Below, piece after piece: positions 12,348 to 24,954 of a DNA stretch of 64,000 nucleotides; within the stretch, counting starts at the first letter, position 1; each line of letters begins with the position of its first letter. A program made the translations under genes and the position numbers. The stretch is from Podarcis bocagei. Its lineage: Eukaryota. The DNA lies in assembly GCA_964188305.1 (NCBI GenBank), contig OZ076887.1; one strand, given 5' to 3'. Below the pieces are notes generated by a model that was given only the letters and a program-made list of their open reading frames with translations, did not search any database and was not told the origin of the DNA.

Positions 12348-14286
12348 GTGATGCCCTTCCCATTAACGATTAAGAAAAGTATGAGTATCTGTCATAGGTT
12401 TCTTTGGATAAACTACTAGATTACTGCTATTCAGACATTAAATGTGTGTTAAAACAAAACACAATATGTATGCTACATGCTTTCCATTTAGTTTTACAGT
12501 GACATTTTTCTTTTAATATCATTGCTGAAAGAGAGCACTGTATTTTCCTTAGGACAGTTAGTGTTTGATTAGGAGTAGATAATCCTCCGTACAAGTCAAT
12601 AAGCCTGAGAGGGATTTCAGCAGATTGTTATTAACCCAAAATCTTGTCTTTGCCTGTTTTTCCCCTCTCTCTTTGTTTTCCCTTTATTCACTTTTCCTAG
12701 TCAGAAATTGTTTCACATTCCAATAAAGAGAGAGACTGCTTTGATTGAAATGGTGTTCTTATTGGACAACTGATTCTGTTTGCCTGGCTTAGTCACATAG
12801 AGGAGATAGAGGTAGCTCTATCCATCATCCCCTGGCACCACATTCTGAGAAGCAAAAGAAATTGTGTCAGAATATATTTTTGCATTTATAGAGAGCTGTT
12901 TTTGTACTTGATTTTTTTCTTTAAAAACTTCTCCTGGGTGAAATTTAATTTTGAAATCCTTGTTTTTCAGAATAACTGAAATGATAACATTGTAGAATAA
13001 TGTAATGCCACAGGTTGTAGTTAGTCCCTGTGGGTTACTTTATGCAATTTATCAGAGAACACAGAAGATATAACTTCTGCATATGTTTGGTTTCCTATTT
13101 ACATTTTGTGCCATAGTTAATAATACAGGATACAAAGTTAAGAATACAGGATACAACTTGCTTTTAGCAAGTATTTCTCTATTGAGGGTGGTGGAAATAA
13201 CACCTGAAGCAGCCTTTGTTAGATATTCCGGTTTTTTTGTTGTTATGAGCTTAAAAGGTCTGAAACTCAGAGATGAGTAGCAAGAGGTTCAAACCCATTA
13301 TTCCATCAGCATGCATTAACATTTAGTTTGTATTTTTTCTGTGTTTGTTTGCTTTTACAATTCCATTGCATTATTGTTTAACAGCTGGCTCAAATGTTTA
13401 TGGGTTGTTTGCCATTTGGAATTAACAGGTTCAATTCATACACTGTTATTGAAATGGAATTTTTTTTAAGAGTTAGGTACACGTAGGTCGAAAGCATGCA
13501 TGGAGAGCCACATGTGTTTTATGTAGCATATTTGAGTAGTATGGATTACAAGGACAGCAAATACCTTTTGCTTTCCACGTGCAGATTTAATTCACAGTAC
13601 AAGGGAAAATACCTTACTGCTTGTAGTGCAAGCTGACTTCATTATTTAAAAATCAAAATATGCACACCCTCCCAAATCATTATTTTAGTTTCTAAATGTT
13701 TATGTTTTGTATACAACTCCTTTTTCCAAGATGGGAGCAAATAAGGCACATTCTTCTTACTTTGTACATTGTTTAAAATGCAGTATTTGTAATCCTAGAG
13801 AGAGATGTCACAGAAGCGATGCAGTTCAATAAAGCAAATGTGGTTTAATTTGGACAACATGCTTGTGTGATTGGGTGTGATTAAAGTATCATTTTCATCC
13901 TGTGAAGTTATTGTCTTTTTTTGGAACATCCTCCTATAAGGAAAGCCAGACTGAATATTACTCATCACGACACACCATATGGTTCTTAGTTGGTAGAATT
14001 CAAAAGCTGTTCCAGGGAATCTGTTATAGTCACAGCAGGCTAATGCTGTGGCTAACTAGCTGGCTTCTTTAGTGCAGGCATTGTCCTGTTTTTGCTCTCC
14101 AGGGGTCTCACTCATCAACTCTGAGTTATTTGCAGTGTTGTTCCCAGCAAAGATGTTCCCCAAACAAATGTGTGCTTGCTATGGTACCACTCATTTGTGA
14201 GATTTGATGTGATTATGTGAAGTATATACCATCTGATAATGGTATGATAACGCGTTGAAGTTTCTGCAGTATGTGTGTGTGTATAT

Positions 14287-14361
14287 TAGTATAGTATAGT
14301 ATAGTATAGTATAGTATAGTATAGTATAGTATAGTATAGTATAGTATAGTATAGTATAGTA
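14287..14361. repeat. (TAGTA)15 pentanucleotide microsatellite
   Basis: Perfect tandem array read directly. Confidence 0.97.
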
Positions 14362-17300
14362 TTATTACCTTAGCCTTTTATCCAGGGTTGTGCATCTTGC
14401 AGTTCCACAAGCAGGGAATTTATTGATCATAGAATTCAACGTCTTGAATATTTCAGGTCCATTTTGTGGTTCTAAGGGAAAGTTTGGATATGTTTTGGGG
14501 AAAAACTTGCAAATTATGAGAAGCCGCAGTGGTCACTGGTCACGCAACACTGTTTCTTACCTTTCAGTGATTAGCAGCGTTTTGAACAAGTTTATCTGTA
14601 TGAACAAGTTTATCTGCTTAACTCAAATAATTAGGCTGCAGGATTCTGCCATACCTAGCACAGACTTTGGATAACTTAAGCATTGTGCAGGACTGTGATT
14701 TTTAAAAGATAATTTGATTTGTTTATAACACAATCACTTTTTAATACATTGCAAATCACTCTTACCCCACCCCCAGGCCAGAACTGTACATCATTTTAAT
14801 CGAAGTTTTACAGTCAGGGTGACAGTGATTTTGTCAAAGCCATCCACTGCAGGGATTTTAATCTAGGTTTGCTTGAACTTGACCTATATAGATTGTGGTG
14901 CAGAGAAACTGTGCTGATGCACCTACTTGAACAAGATAGTCATATGCCAAAAAATGGACATTCTAGCTACTATACAAGCCACACAGCATAATTCATAATT
15001 TTTCTGTAGTTTGGTACACCTTTTTAAGTATCATAATACTTTTGTAACCTCATAGAGTTGCCTTGTTGTTCTCACATCTTCATTGTTCCTAAGTATCAAG
15101 TTAACCTTTAAAAATGTGCTTTTAGGTGAATGTTAGCCTTTATTGTCCTTTTTTTTGGGGGGGGGGGTTCCATGACCAGGGGTTTTTTTTTGAAAGAATG
15201 GAGTAGGATCCCAGGAATCATACATCTTCTTTTCCTCTGGTTACTTTTTGTTAAAGTGTAGGCAATAGTCTCCAGCGGAAGCTGCCTAAGGACGGCTTCT
15301 GGATTATCAGCATTACTCAGTGCATTACATAATGTCATTTGTGCTCAAATGATTTAGTGAAATGGGTAAAAGAGATGGAAAAGGAAGTCAGGTTGACTCT
15401 GAAATAACAGCTGAAGGGAACTCTCAAGTTAGTAATTCTGGTGGTGCTCTAAACTCAGATTATGATTATTATGATTTGTTCACATACTTTTAAAATTTGG
15501 TAATGTGTGAATGTTTTGTTTAGTAACTGTAACACTGGAAAACCTTGTTCTTTTTATTGGGCAATGAAATATTTTCCTTTGGAACCATCGCTAAATATCC
15601 ATATCACAGTCATCTAATTTACTCTGCACAGGCATCTGTCATTGGCTATTTGCATATTGCTGGCAGTAGATAATTTTGGTAGGACTGCCCTAGTGTATGG
15701 TAGTCCATTAGTCCATGCTTGTAAGATAGAAACCAGGGCTGTTTAGTGTTTTTAAAATGTGTTTACATCAATATACCACCTCTGAATTCAAGTGGACGAT
15801 AACCTTTTTAGCCAATTCCAGTCTTGTATAATCACATCAAAGGACTGTAGCATTACCAAGAACTAAATGTTCAAATCTTCATTAGGTTTCAGCAACTGAA
15901 TTTTTCACATTGAACATGTAAAGTTGGATAATGTTGGCCACCCCGCCCTCTTCTTTATATCGTTACACATGCACTAAGTTGAACACATGGAAGTCAGAAG
16001 CCACATGTAGTTCTATTCCCCTTCCACACACTCAGTGTAGCATGTAATGTGCTATTCTTTATTTTGAGAATGGCTGTATGAATGGTTTATAAGGGTTAAG
16101 GCAGTCTCTCAACCTGGTCCTAAGCTGTATAGGATCACGTTAACACAAGAGGCACTGGCAGCAGTGATTTGTTGTCCAAATGGATAGGAGCAGGAAACTT
16201 ATTTCATCTGGCTATCACACAAGTTATTGCTCTTGTATTTCCCATAGTGCACTGATTCTCCCTTCGCCAGAAGTAACAAATGTATTAAATGACCAGGATG
16301 GAGTGTGGGGGCAGTGGGGATAAATATGTATGATATGATGCGTTTGAGAAGTAGTTTGATTTGTCTGTAGCACACTTGCCAAAAAGATTGGGCAGTACTT
16401 GTATAAGCCCCAGTCTCTTGTCAGAAGAAGAGCTCTAACAATTTGACTGAACTTGTTTGGATAATGAAACCTTGAAATGGTTTTATTGGATTACACAAAT
16501 ACACACCTTTGATCTGAAAGGAGTTCTGTCATGTCCTCAGTGAAATAATCCAAGTTTCCCCCATGAGTGCACAGATAGTATTTCACATTCTGAAAACATT
16601 TAATTAATTTCTTTGCCAAAGTATGTAAGCTATGAAAACACTCAATCAGTTGTTGTTGTTGTTTGTTTTCATTGGCTGCAATCACACTGTTGTTTAAGAT
16701 GAAAGAAGAGATATCATGCATATCTGTAATTAACTAGTCGGTTCAAAGCTACAGGATGAAAAGGATGTTTATCTGTTCTCTGCTAACTACTTACAAATAA
16801 AGACACATAATCAACTTAGGATGTATAAACCCAACACAACCATTAACAATGTTTCAAAAGAGGATAGCTGATGTGGCAGCAAGGAAAAAGAAAGCAAATT
16901 AGTCATAGAATCCTTTCTGTTTTGAAGATCATATTTAGGTTGTTTTTTTCATTTATACAAGGCAGGTCTTAGTCTTTGTGCCACTGGTCAGATCCAACCT
17001 CACAGCTCCCCTCAGCCTGCCTGTCCACATAACACTTTTTCTCCCCACTATTTCCAGGAGGTAGGAGATTCACTCATTTTGATTGTTAAACTGTTCCTAT
17101 GGATCATGTGAACTAACTAACTAATAGACTTTATTTGTGTAGCCGACAGGCCATAGCATGATCATGTGAACAATGCTCAGAAATTTCAAATTCACAGTAA
17201 AGCCCAGTATGGACAAGCCTGATATTCAGATATTTTATGTTCCCTAGACTTCACTGGTTTATTACTAGAATGGTGACAGGTCCATCCCCCCCAGATTGAC

Positions 17301-18636
17301 GTAATAAAAAACTGGCAATTGTCCCTTCTTGCAGTAGAACAGCCATTTTTAAATTGAAAATATTTCAACAGTGCAAGAGAAATTAGACAACTGTCATTAA
17401 ATTGCAATGCTACATGAGCTGAAACTAATTTATTTTAAGTGAAAATAAACCTGTTTCTCCTTAACCTGGGGCATGTTGAAATTCCCATTGACATCAGTAG
17501 ATTTGAGATGTTAATAGCATTTGACTCATTTATTATCTTAAATAATGAGCAAAAAAATATATAGCATCTTGATTTTTTGATTTTTTTAAAAAACCAACTA
17601 AGCTGTTGAGAACTATGTACTTCTCTTAGCCTTTTTTGGTATCATCCGTACTAGTATTTTTTAAAAAACCCAGTTCATTTTAAAGGGCTTTTGTGCTACT
17701 TTCCCCACTACTTATAATAGGTTTTGAACTAAGTATAAAGAGTATTGAAAGGTATGTGCTTTTAAATTGAATCTAAGTTAATCTGTAGCTCCATCTCTGT
17801 GGATCAGTGAGTGTCAAAACAGCATGCACTGCCAACTGAAATGAAGAGGCAAACACGGTATGCTATGATTAAAAAGACCACCACTTTACTAAGGAACGTG
17901 AAGGATTCTAAGCCAACATGGACAGTGTGGAGGAGAGAGTGAGGCATCAGTGTGAGAGGCAAGGGAGACCTTTGATCTCATTGTAAAACAAATTGTGAGC
18001 AGCATTTGGATCTTTGTCAATGATTCAGACACTCAAAGAGTCATAATAACTGGCAAGAGTCTGAAAGCAACCAGGATTGTGCCTTTCTTACATTATTTGC
18101 ATTGTGTTACTAGCTTTTTTTAAAAAAGGAAGATGTATTCTCACTAAACAAATGCACCACATAATGAAGGCCAGCCAGCTTTTTTTTCTGACTTTCAGTT
18201 CTATCCCAGGTTTAGCATTACAATGTGTATTACGGCTTCTTAGTTCTTCACAACTCAATGTGGTATTGCCATTTATATTGACATATTAAAAAGACCTCTA
18301 AAATTTGAAAAACAGAGTTCCAAAGCAATCTACTGAGTTCATGAATGAATAGGGATTTGAACCTACATTGTCTAAATTTTATGCTCTATCCATGAATACA
18401 TTTTTTTTTAAAAAAAAATGGAAGCTCTGTTGGCTTACAATAATTTCCAAGTAATAAAATTGTTTCGTATGTAATATGCTTCTTGAAAAAATGTGTTTCT
18501 TCAAATGTTTGGATCCTTCATTAAAAAATGATGGTTTTAAGATACTTGATATTTTGCCCTTTTAATGTAAAACATTGAGATGGATTTCGGCAGCATGCAA
18601 AGACTCTCGCTTAAATGTTCAGAATAACTTTTTGTT

Positions 18637-19318
18637 GTTGTTTAGTCGTTTAGTCGTGTCCGACTCTTTGTGACCCCATGGACCAGAGCACTCCAGGCAC
18701 TCCTGTCTTCCACTGCCTCCCACAGTTTGGTCAGACTCATGTTTGTAGCTTCGAGAACACTGTCCAACCATCTCGTCCTCTGTTGTCCCCTTCTCCTTGT
18801 GCCCTCCATCTTTCCCAACATCAGGGTCTTTTCCAGGGAGTCTTCTCTTCTCATGAGGTGGCCAAAGTATTGGAGCCTCAGCTTCACGATCTGTCCTTCC
18901 AGTGAGCACTCAGGGCTGATTTCCTTAAGAATGGATATGTTTGATCTTCTTGAAGTCCATGGGACTCTCAAGAGTCCCCTCCAGCACCATAATTCAAAAG
19001 CATCAATTCTTCGGCAATCAGCCTTCTTTATGGTCCAGCTCTCACTTCCATACATCACTACTGGGAAAACCATGGCTTTAACTATACGGACCTTTGTTGG
19101 GAAGGTGATGTCTCTGCTTTTTAAGATGCTGTCTATGTTTGCCATCACCTTTCTCCCAAGGAGCAGGCGTCTTTTAATTTTGTGACTGCTGTCACCATCT
19201 GCAGTGATCATGGAGCCCAAGAAAGTAAAATCTCTTACTGCCTCCATTTCCTCCCCTTCTATTTGCCAGGAGGTGATGGGGCCAGTGGCCATGATCTTCT
19301 TTTTTTTTGATGTTGAGC
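18637..19318 (-). mobile_element. BovB/RTE LINE, 5'-truncated, recent insertion
   Basis: Encodes the BovB ORF C-terminus; (CAA)n-type 3' tail; perfect 12-bp TSD taactttttgtt at 18625-18636 and 19319-19330. Confidence 0.95.
18642..19292 (-). pseudogene. C-terminal 216 aa of the BovB RTE reverse-transcriptase ORF (truncated)
   Basis: FTFLGSMITADGDSSHKIKRRLLLGRK, VKAMVFPVVMYGSESWTIKKA, RIDAFELWCWR, LQYFGHLMRREDSLEKTLMLGK and VHGVTKSRTRL match BovB protein motifs. Confidence 0.93.
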
Positions 19319-19507
19319 TAACTTTTTGTTAGACATATCTAATTTGCAATCCCTTGTTTACATTCCATTCAAATAAATAAAAGTCAGTACTGGAGCATTT
19401 CTGATACTTTTGTTCTCCCACAACTATTAAAATGCAAAGAAATCATTGGGGGGGGGAGGTGGAAGAGTAAGCATTTGCTTGTACCAGTCTACTTTTAATA
19501 TGTATTG

Positions 19508-19606
19508 CAGGGCTCCTCAACATGGTGGCCTCCAGATATTGTTGGATTATAAATCTCACCATCCCTGACCTTTGGCTGTCCTTGCTGGGACTGATGAGAG
19601 CTGTAC
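19508..19606. mobile_element. Partial palindromic hAT-type MITE (family of 52384-52519)
   Basis: cctccagatattgttggattataaatctcaccatccctgacc...ctgatgagagctgta resembles the 52.4 kb copy. Confidence 0.6.
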
Positions 19607-20205
19607 TTCCTGATGCATTGAATTAAGAGTGTTAAAAATGACTTGTGCAGTGTTAAGATCCTTTTATAAAAAGTCATTGAGAAACTTAGTTATGAATAAT
19701 TGTGCTTTTGGAAGAACTGCTGCTATCAGGGGGTGGGAATCAGTTGATTCATCTTCCTTTATGATAATAGTAATTAGATGCAATAAAATGATACAATTCC
19801 AGTATTTCCAAGTTTGGAACACAGCAGTTAGTTTTCCAGATATACGCCTCTGTTGGGGAAAAGCCATCCAAAGTCTTAGAATCGGGTATGGGTAATGGGG
19901 AACTGCAAAACAGTTGTTGGAATAAAAGGTTTTTATTAAAAGCTTCCTAAAAACGGCATCATATTCCTTTGGCAGGGTTTCCAACTTATTTTGAAAGATT
20001 AGTAAGTATGTATTATTCCGCTTGAATGATTCACTTCAGACAGTATCTGAAGACCACTCTGAACTTTTGCTTCCCTGAATATTCAAGTGTTTTTTACAGT
20101 CAAAGCGTCATTGAACTTTTTAAAAGTACAATATAAATGGCTTTTTCTCTTTTCTGTATTATTCTCATCCCTGAAATGCCCTTTTATTTGTATTATTTTC
20201 TCCAG

Positions 20206-20468
20206 ATCCTCCCCGTGATCCATGGCTTGAAAGAAAATGTCTGGGACCATCGCCAGTCGCTCCAATCTCCTGCCTCTTGCACTCTGCTGAACTCTAAATT
20301 GGTGCCATGTTTTGTGGTACATCGTTATGGTATGGAATGTGTCATGAGGTGTTCATCACTTGGATTAGTTGCCACACTTCTGCCTCTGTCAAAGAGAAGT
20401 GCAGAGGCCTAAGGTGGATACGACAGGATTGACTGACTGAATACAGCACCCTGGACTTATTCTCAAAG
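20206..20468 (+). other. Candidate internal exon of the host gene (possible donors after 20329 or 20468)
   Basis: Strong acceptor ttttatttgtattattttctccag|, CpG-retaining unique sequence, donors ATG|gtatgg and AAG|gtaggg; the phase-0 frame is open to the first donor. Peptide not recognised. Confidence 0.3.
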
Positions 20469-21657
20469 GTAGGGTCACTTTAGACAACTTTAAACAATGG
20501 AAATATGTCTGTAAAATGTTATCACTTGTGTCAGGATCAGATAGTGAGACAATGTCTTTCTCATATTCTATAGGGATTTTGCACCCATTTAAAGAGTTAG
20601 CATATGAAATATAGAGATGGATTATTGTGAGATACAAGCATTTTTGGAGCCTTGCCTAAGAAAATAATTGAGAATGGTGGCAGGGAAATGTATCAATATA
20701 TGCATTTTCATATAGTTAAGATTGTCACCGTAACTGTATTTATGCTATCATTTAGGGGCAAATAAGGCAAAAAGAAGCAATGGGAATTTAATTTTTTTTA
20801 AGCAAATAACACCATTCAATCTTCTGTTTTGAATTAATCCACTTAGCACTTTAAACAGAATTAGAAACAATTATTTAGTATTGTGTTAAATGTGTTCCGG
20901 CATATTGAAATGCATGATGAAGGGTAGCATTGGAAAGATTCTGCACCCAACCGTAATTTCCAGGGCTGGAAATGTAAAGTTTTTCAATAAATGTCAAGCA
21001 TTTTATTCCCTGCTGCTGAATTGTCTTTAAATTTGTTTCCCTTAGATGTTCATACCACAATTAAATTAATTTAGATTAGCCAGATAACTATCAGGATATT
21101 CTGTGACATTCTGTAGGAATGTATGCAAGGAATTCAGGCTCAGGCAGTAAACCAGGTAGACATATTTTAATAGTTTAGTCAGTATTTGAGTTGCAGGGTG
21201 GTAAACATTTTCTTGGACACATTCTCATACATGAAAAATTGATTTGTGAATTTGATGTGGTCTTATCCTTTTAAAAGTATGCAGTTCAATGCGTGCTAGG
21301 ATTTACAGACAAGTATTACTGTTGGGTTTGTATTCCACATGCTTCCTGCAGAGTGCAACAAAAAACTCAATAGATCCTAAATGACTGTAGATAAATTTCA
21401 TTAGTAACAGTCTTCTAGAGTAAACATACATCTAGGCTATGATGGACAAAAACCATAATGCTTTCAGATACGTGTTTTCAGTTATGTCTGTGCAGTCGTG
21501 AGTCCTTGATTTCACTTGGCACTGACTACTCCATTGATTTCATTGTGTCAAAAAGAATACTGTTCATTGTCATATTTTTGAGTCATTTGCCTTCTATGGC
21601 AGACTGATGTGTGTCATAAAATACTACTCTTTTCATTGCTGAGGAAACTTCTAAGTA

Positions 21658-21884
21658 CAGTGGTACCTCGGGTTAAGTACTTAATTTGTTCCGGAGGTCC
21701 GTTATTAACCTGAAACTGTTCTTAACCTGAAGCACCACTTTAGCTAATGAGGCCTCCTGCTGCCGCTGCGCCGCCAGAGCACAATTTCTGTTCTCATCCT
21801 GAAGCAAAGCTCTTAACCTGAAGCACTATTTCTGTAACCTGAATCATATGTAACCTGAAGCGTATGTAACCTGAGGTACCACTG
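21658..21884 (-). mobile_element. Tc1/mariner (Tigger-like) MITE, copy 2 (opposite orientation)
   Basis: Same TIRs and TA TSD; internal sequence is the reverse complement of 9488-9729. Confidence 0.9.
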
Positions 21885-22138
21885 TAATGAAGTTGTTCAC
21901 ATGCTGTTCTTCAGGACACCTACTTGTCTCATTCCTTGACCAAGAAGTCTCTCCCCACTGCCCAAATGAAACAAGGTAGCTTTAATTCACTGGTCTTTCC
22001 TCAACAGCTGGAACTTTTAAGGAGTTGACTATTTATGTCAGATGTCCTTGAACATCAGTCTCAAACTCAGTTTATATGATATATTTAGTGTTCTAATATT
22101 TTATAGATAACAATGTGAGGGTGAAGAAGAAGAAGAAG

Positions 22139-22337
22139 AAGCTGATTTGTTTTGAGTCAGACCATGGGTCCTTTTCAGCCCAATATTGTCTGTTTCAACT
22201 GGAAGCAGATCACTGAAGTTTCAGAGAGACTTTCATAGTCTCACTACCCACGATGCTTTTAATTTGAAAATGCCAGGTGTTGAACCTGGGTCAATTGTAT
22301 GCAAAACATTTGCTGTGACAGTGAGCTTTGCTCCTCC
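22139..22337 (-). mobile_element. Squam3-like tRNA-derived SINE, degraded
   Basis: gagtcagaccatgggtcc...cccaatattgtct...aaatgccaggtgttgaacctggg...gtgagct; reverse homolog of 23642-23817. Confidence 0.6.
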
Positions 22338-23398
22338 ATAGTATCATTTAGATGGCTGGTTATATAGTATCATGCTTCACTATGAGGGTTTAGATTAGAT
22401 GAATTCCCTACCTGGGATGAACCTGAAGGGTGGTTCTAGCCACTACCTTGACAGATTCATTCAGTATATCATTTGACAGGCCCTGAAGTCTTCAAATTGC
22501 CTTGCCTTGCCTTTCTTTCTTTTTTCCTTTTTAAAAAGCTTATTGTCACAGAGACACACAATATGATGTGTATTAGTGCAATGTAGGTATTAATGAGTTT
22601 AAAACAAACTAGCTGTTAAACGAATGATCATGCAGTTCTTGGTCATTAATGGAGGTTGTTATTTATGGATTTGGAAACAGATGCTAACTGACAAACTAAA
22701 CAGTGGTTATGAACTGGGACTTACTGGGTTAGGAAGTGATCTAGGCTTCCAAGTTTATGCCTTTAATCATTGGATCAATGTTTCTCCTTGTGTAATTATA
22801 AATGTAACAGTTTTCTGGCAGGGTCAATACATTCTGAAAAATAAACCTTAAGTGTCATGGCCAATACTTCACATGGCTATAGCTAATACTTAACTGTGCA
22901 GAAGATTTTAGCACTACTTGTTTGTCTGACTGCATAATCACTATTTTTTTGGTGTGGGTCATTCCACTATTTCTGACTTTAGGTCGATCATCAATGTGGC
23001 AGTTTCTTTATTCCTCTCTGAATGTGTGAATTATTCAATCAGTTATGATTTTGTATTTTACCTATTCAATTCCAGCAGGCAATATTTTCTCTGTAGTCTA
23101 GTTGGCAATCCTTCTGGACTTCAAGATGAAATGTTTTGACAGGCAATTCCCTGCTGTTTATCCAATTTGTACATTATAGATTAGTTGCTTTTCCCATTGA
23201 CTGAAATTGGGTAGAATAAATCATGTGCTTAACTCTACCATTAATCAATGGCTTAAAAATTGGTTAACTTTGGCAGGATTGGCACCCTCAATTGTAATTG
23301 TTTACTTAAATGTAAGATCCCCCCCCTTTGCCTAAGGAGATTGTGTCACGTGGCAACTATAGAACTGAGATTTTGCTGGATAAAAGCAGTTCTCCTTG

Positions 23399-23586
23399 CA
23401 GGGCCGACTCAAAACATTTTGGCACCTGAGGCAAATCACAAAATGGCTTTTCCCAAGAAGGAGTGAGTGAAGAACTACATCAGGAACAAGGAGGGCAGTA
23501 AAGATCTACAAAGGGATCTGCTGCCCCTGTGGATCTGGTTGCCTGATGTGCTTTCCTCATCTTGCCTCATGGTTGGGCTGGCCATG
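23399..23586. mobile_element. hAT-type MITE (cagggccg family)
   Basis: TIRs cagggccgactcaa / ttgggctggccatg; perfect 8-bp TSD tctccttg at 23391-23398 and 23587-23594. Confidence 0.8.
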
Positions 23587-23641
23587 TCTCCTTGAATATG
23601 TGAGTTCATTAATAGGCACCTAGGCATTAGTGTTAAGAATA

Positions 23642-23817
23642 GGAGAAGGGCTATAGCTTGGTGGTGAGGGCATGTTTTACAGACAAAACGTTCAAATTTC
23701 AGTCCCTGACATCTCCAGATAAGGGGAAAACTGGGGAAAACTCTCTGAAACCCCCTGGAAAATTACTGTCAGTCAATTCAGATAATACTGAGCTAGATGG
23801 TGACAGCTTCCTATGTT
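23642..23817 (+). mobile_element. Squam3-like tRNA-derived SINE, degraded
   Basis: A-box-like tagcttggtggt, tRNA-like head, body ...ataatactgagctagatgg...cagcttcctatgtt. Confidence 0.6.
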
Positions 23818-24309
23818 GATTCTGTCCAAATGAAATACCAATGTCAAGTTAGCCGAGTCTAGTGCAGGATGACAACATTACTTAATTGAGAGACCTTATT
23901 TATTGCCATCTTTGAGAACTGATATTCTGGTGCTATTATGATCTTTTTTTGATTCTACAGCAGTCAGACACAACCATGAATATATAGTCTGATTTGAAAA
24001 TGGCAGTATTTAGTTCTGAACATGTGGAATTGCAACCTGATTGGTGCATAGTGAATCCGACAAACTTTTTCTGTAGCTGTAATGCTAGATAGCAAACGAC
24101 TTTAAAACTTGTATATATTGAAAATAATCGGACACATATAGCGATGTTTATTACTTTTAGAGGATGTTACTCTGAACATAACTGAAATGCACCAGTTTTT
24201 ACCTACTTTTTAACAGTCTTCCATCCAACAAATGATGTAAGAAATGTGCAGGAAAATGTTCTTTGGGGTTTTTTGGCTCTAGATAACAAAGATGCCAACT
24301 CACAATTTA

Positions 24310-24954
24310 CCGTATTTTTCGCCCTATAGGACGCACTGGCCCACCTAGTTTTTTGGGGGGGAAATCAAGGGAAAAATTTTTATTCCCCCCCCCAGGTTTG
24401 CGCAACCATCCCCAAGCTAGAAGAGGGAGACAGAGCGCTCCGTCTCCCTCTTCTGCCTTCAGGGACAGCTTGCCCCGCTGTCCCCCGAGTTTGTGGGGCT
24501 GGCGGGGGGAGAAGCAAGATTGCTTCTCCCCCCTCCCCCGCCAGCCTCCAGATCAGGTCGGGGAATAGCGGGGTGGCGGCGCTCCGCCACCCCCTATCCC
24601 CCGAGCTTGTGGGGCTGGCGGGGGGGGAGCAAGCTTGCTTCTCCCCCCCCGCCAGCCTCCAGATCAGGTCGGGGAATAGCGGGGTGGCGGCGCTCCGCCA
24701 CCCCCCTATCCCCCGAGCTTGTGGGGCTGCAGGCTGCTGCCCACAAGCCTTGCGAGCCCGCGGGACATCCCTCCGGGCTTGCAAGACTTGCAGATAGCTT
24801 CCTGAAGCCTGGAGAGCGAGAGGGGTCGGTGCGCACCGACCCCTCTTGCTCTCCAGGCTTCAGCGAAAGCCTGCATTCGCCCCATAGGACGCACACACAT
24901 TTCCCCTTCATTTTTGGAGGGGAAAAAGTGCGTCCTATAGGGCGAAAAATACGG
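24310..24954. mobile_element. Young non-autonomous Tc1/mariner (Tc2-like) element with an internal GC-rich tandem repeat
   Basis: Perfect 27-bp TIRs ccgtatttttcgccctataggacgcac, TA TSD; about 2.2 copies of a ~115-bp unit (24480-24730); 62-bp palindrome at 24802-24863. Confidence 0.9.

Noticed and set aside
18670-19185. 171-aa + strand ORF
   Set aside because: Antisense shadow of the BovB ORF.
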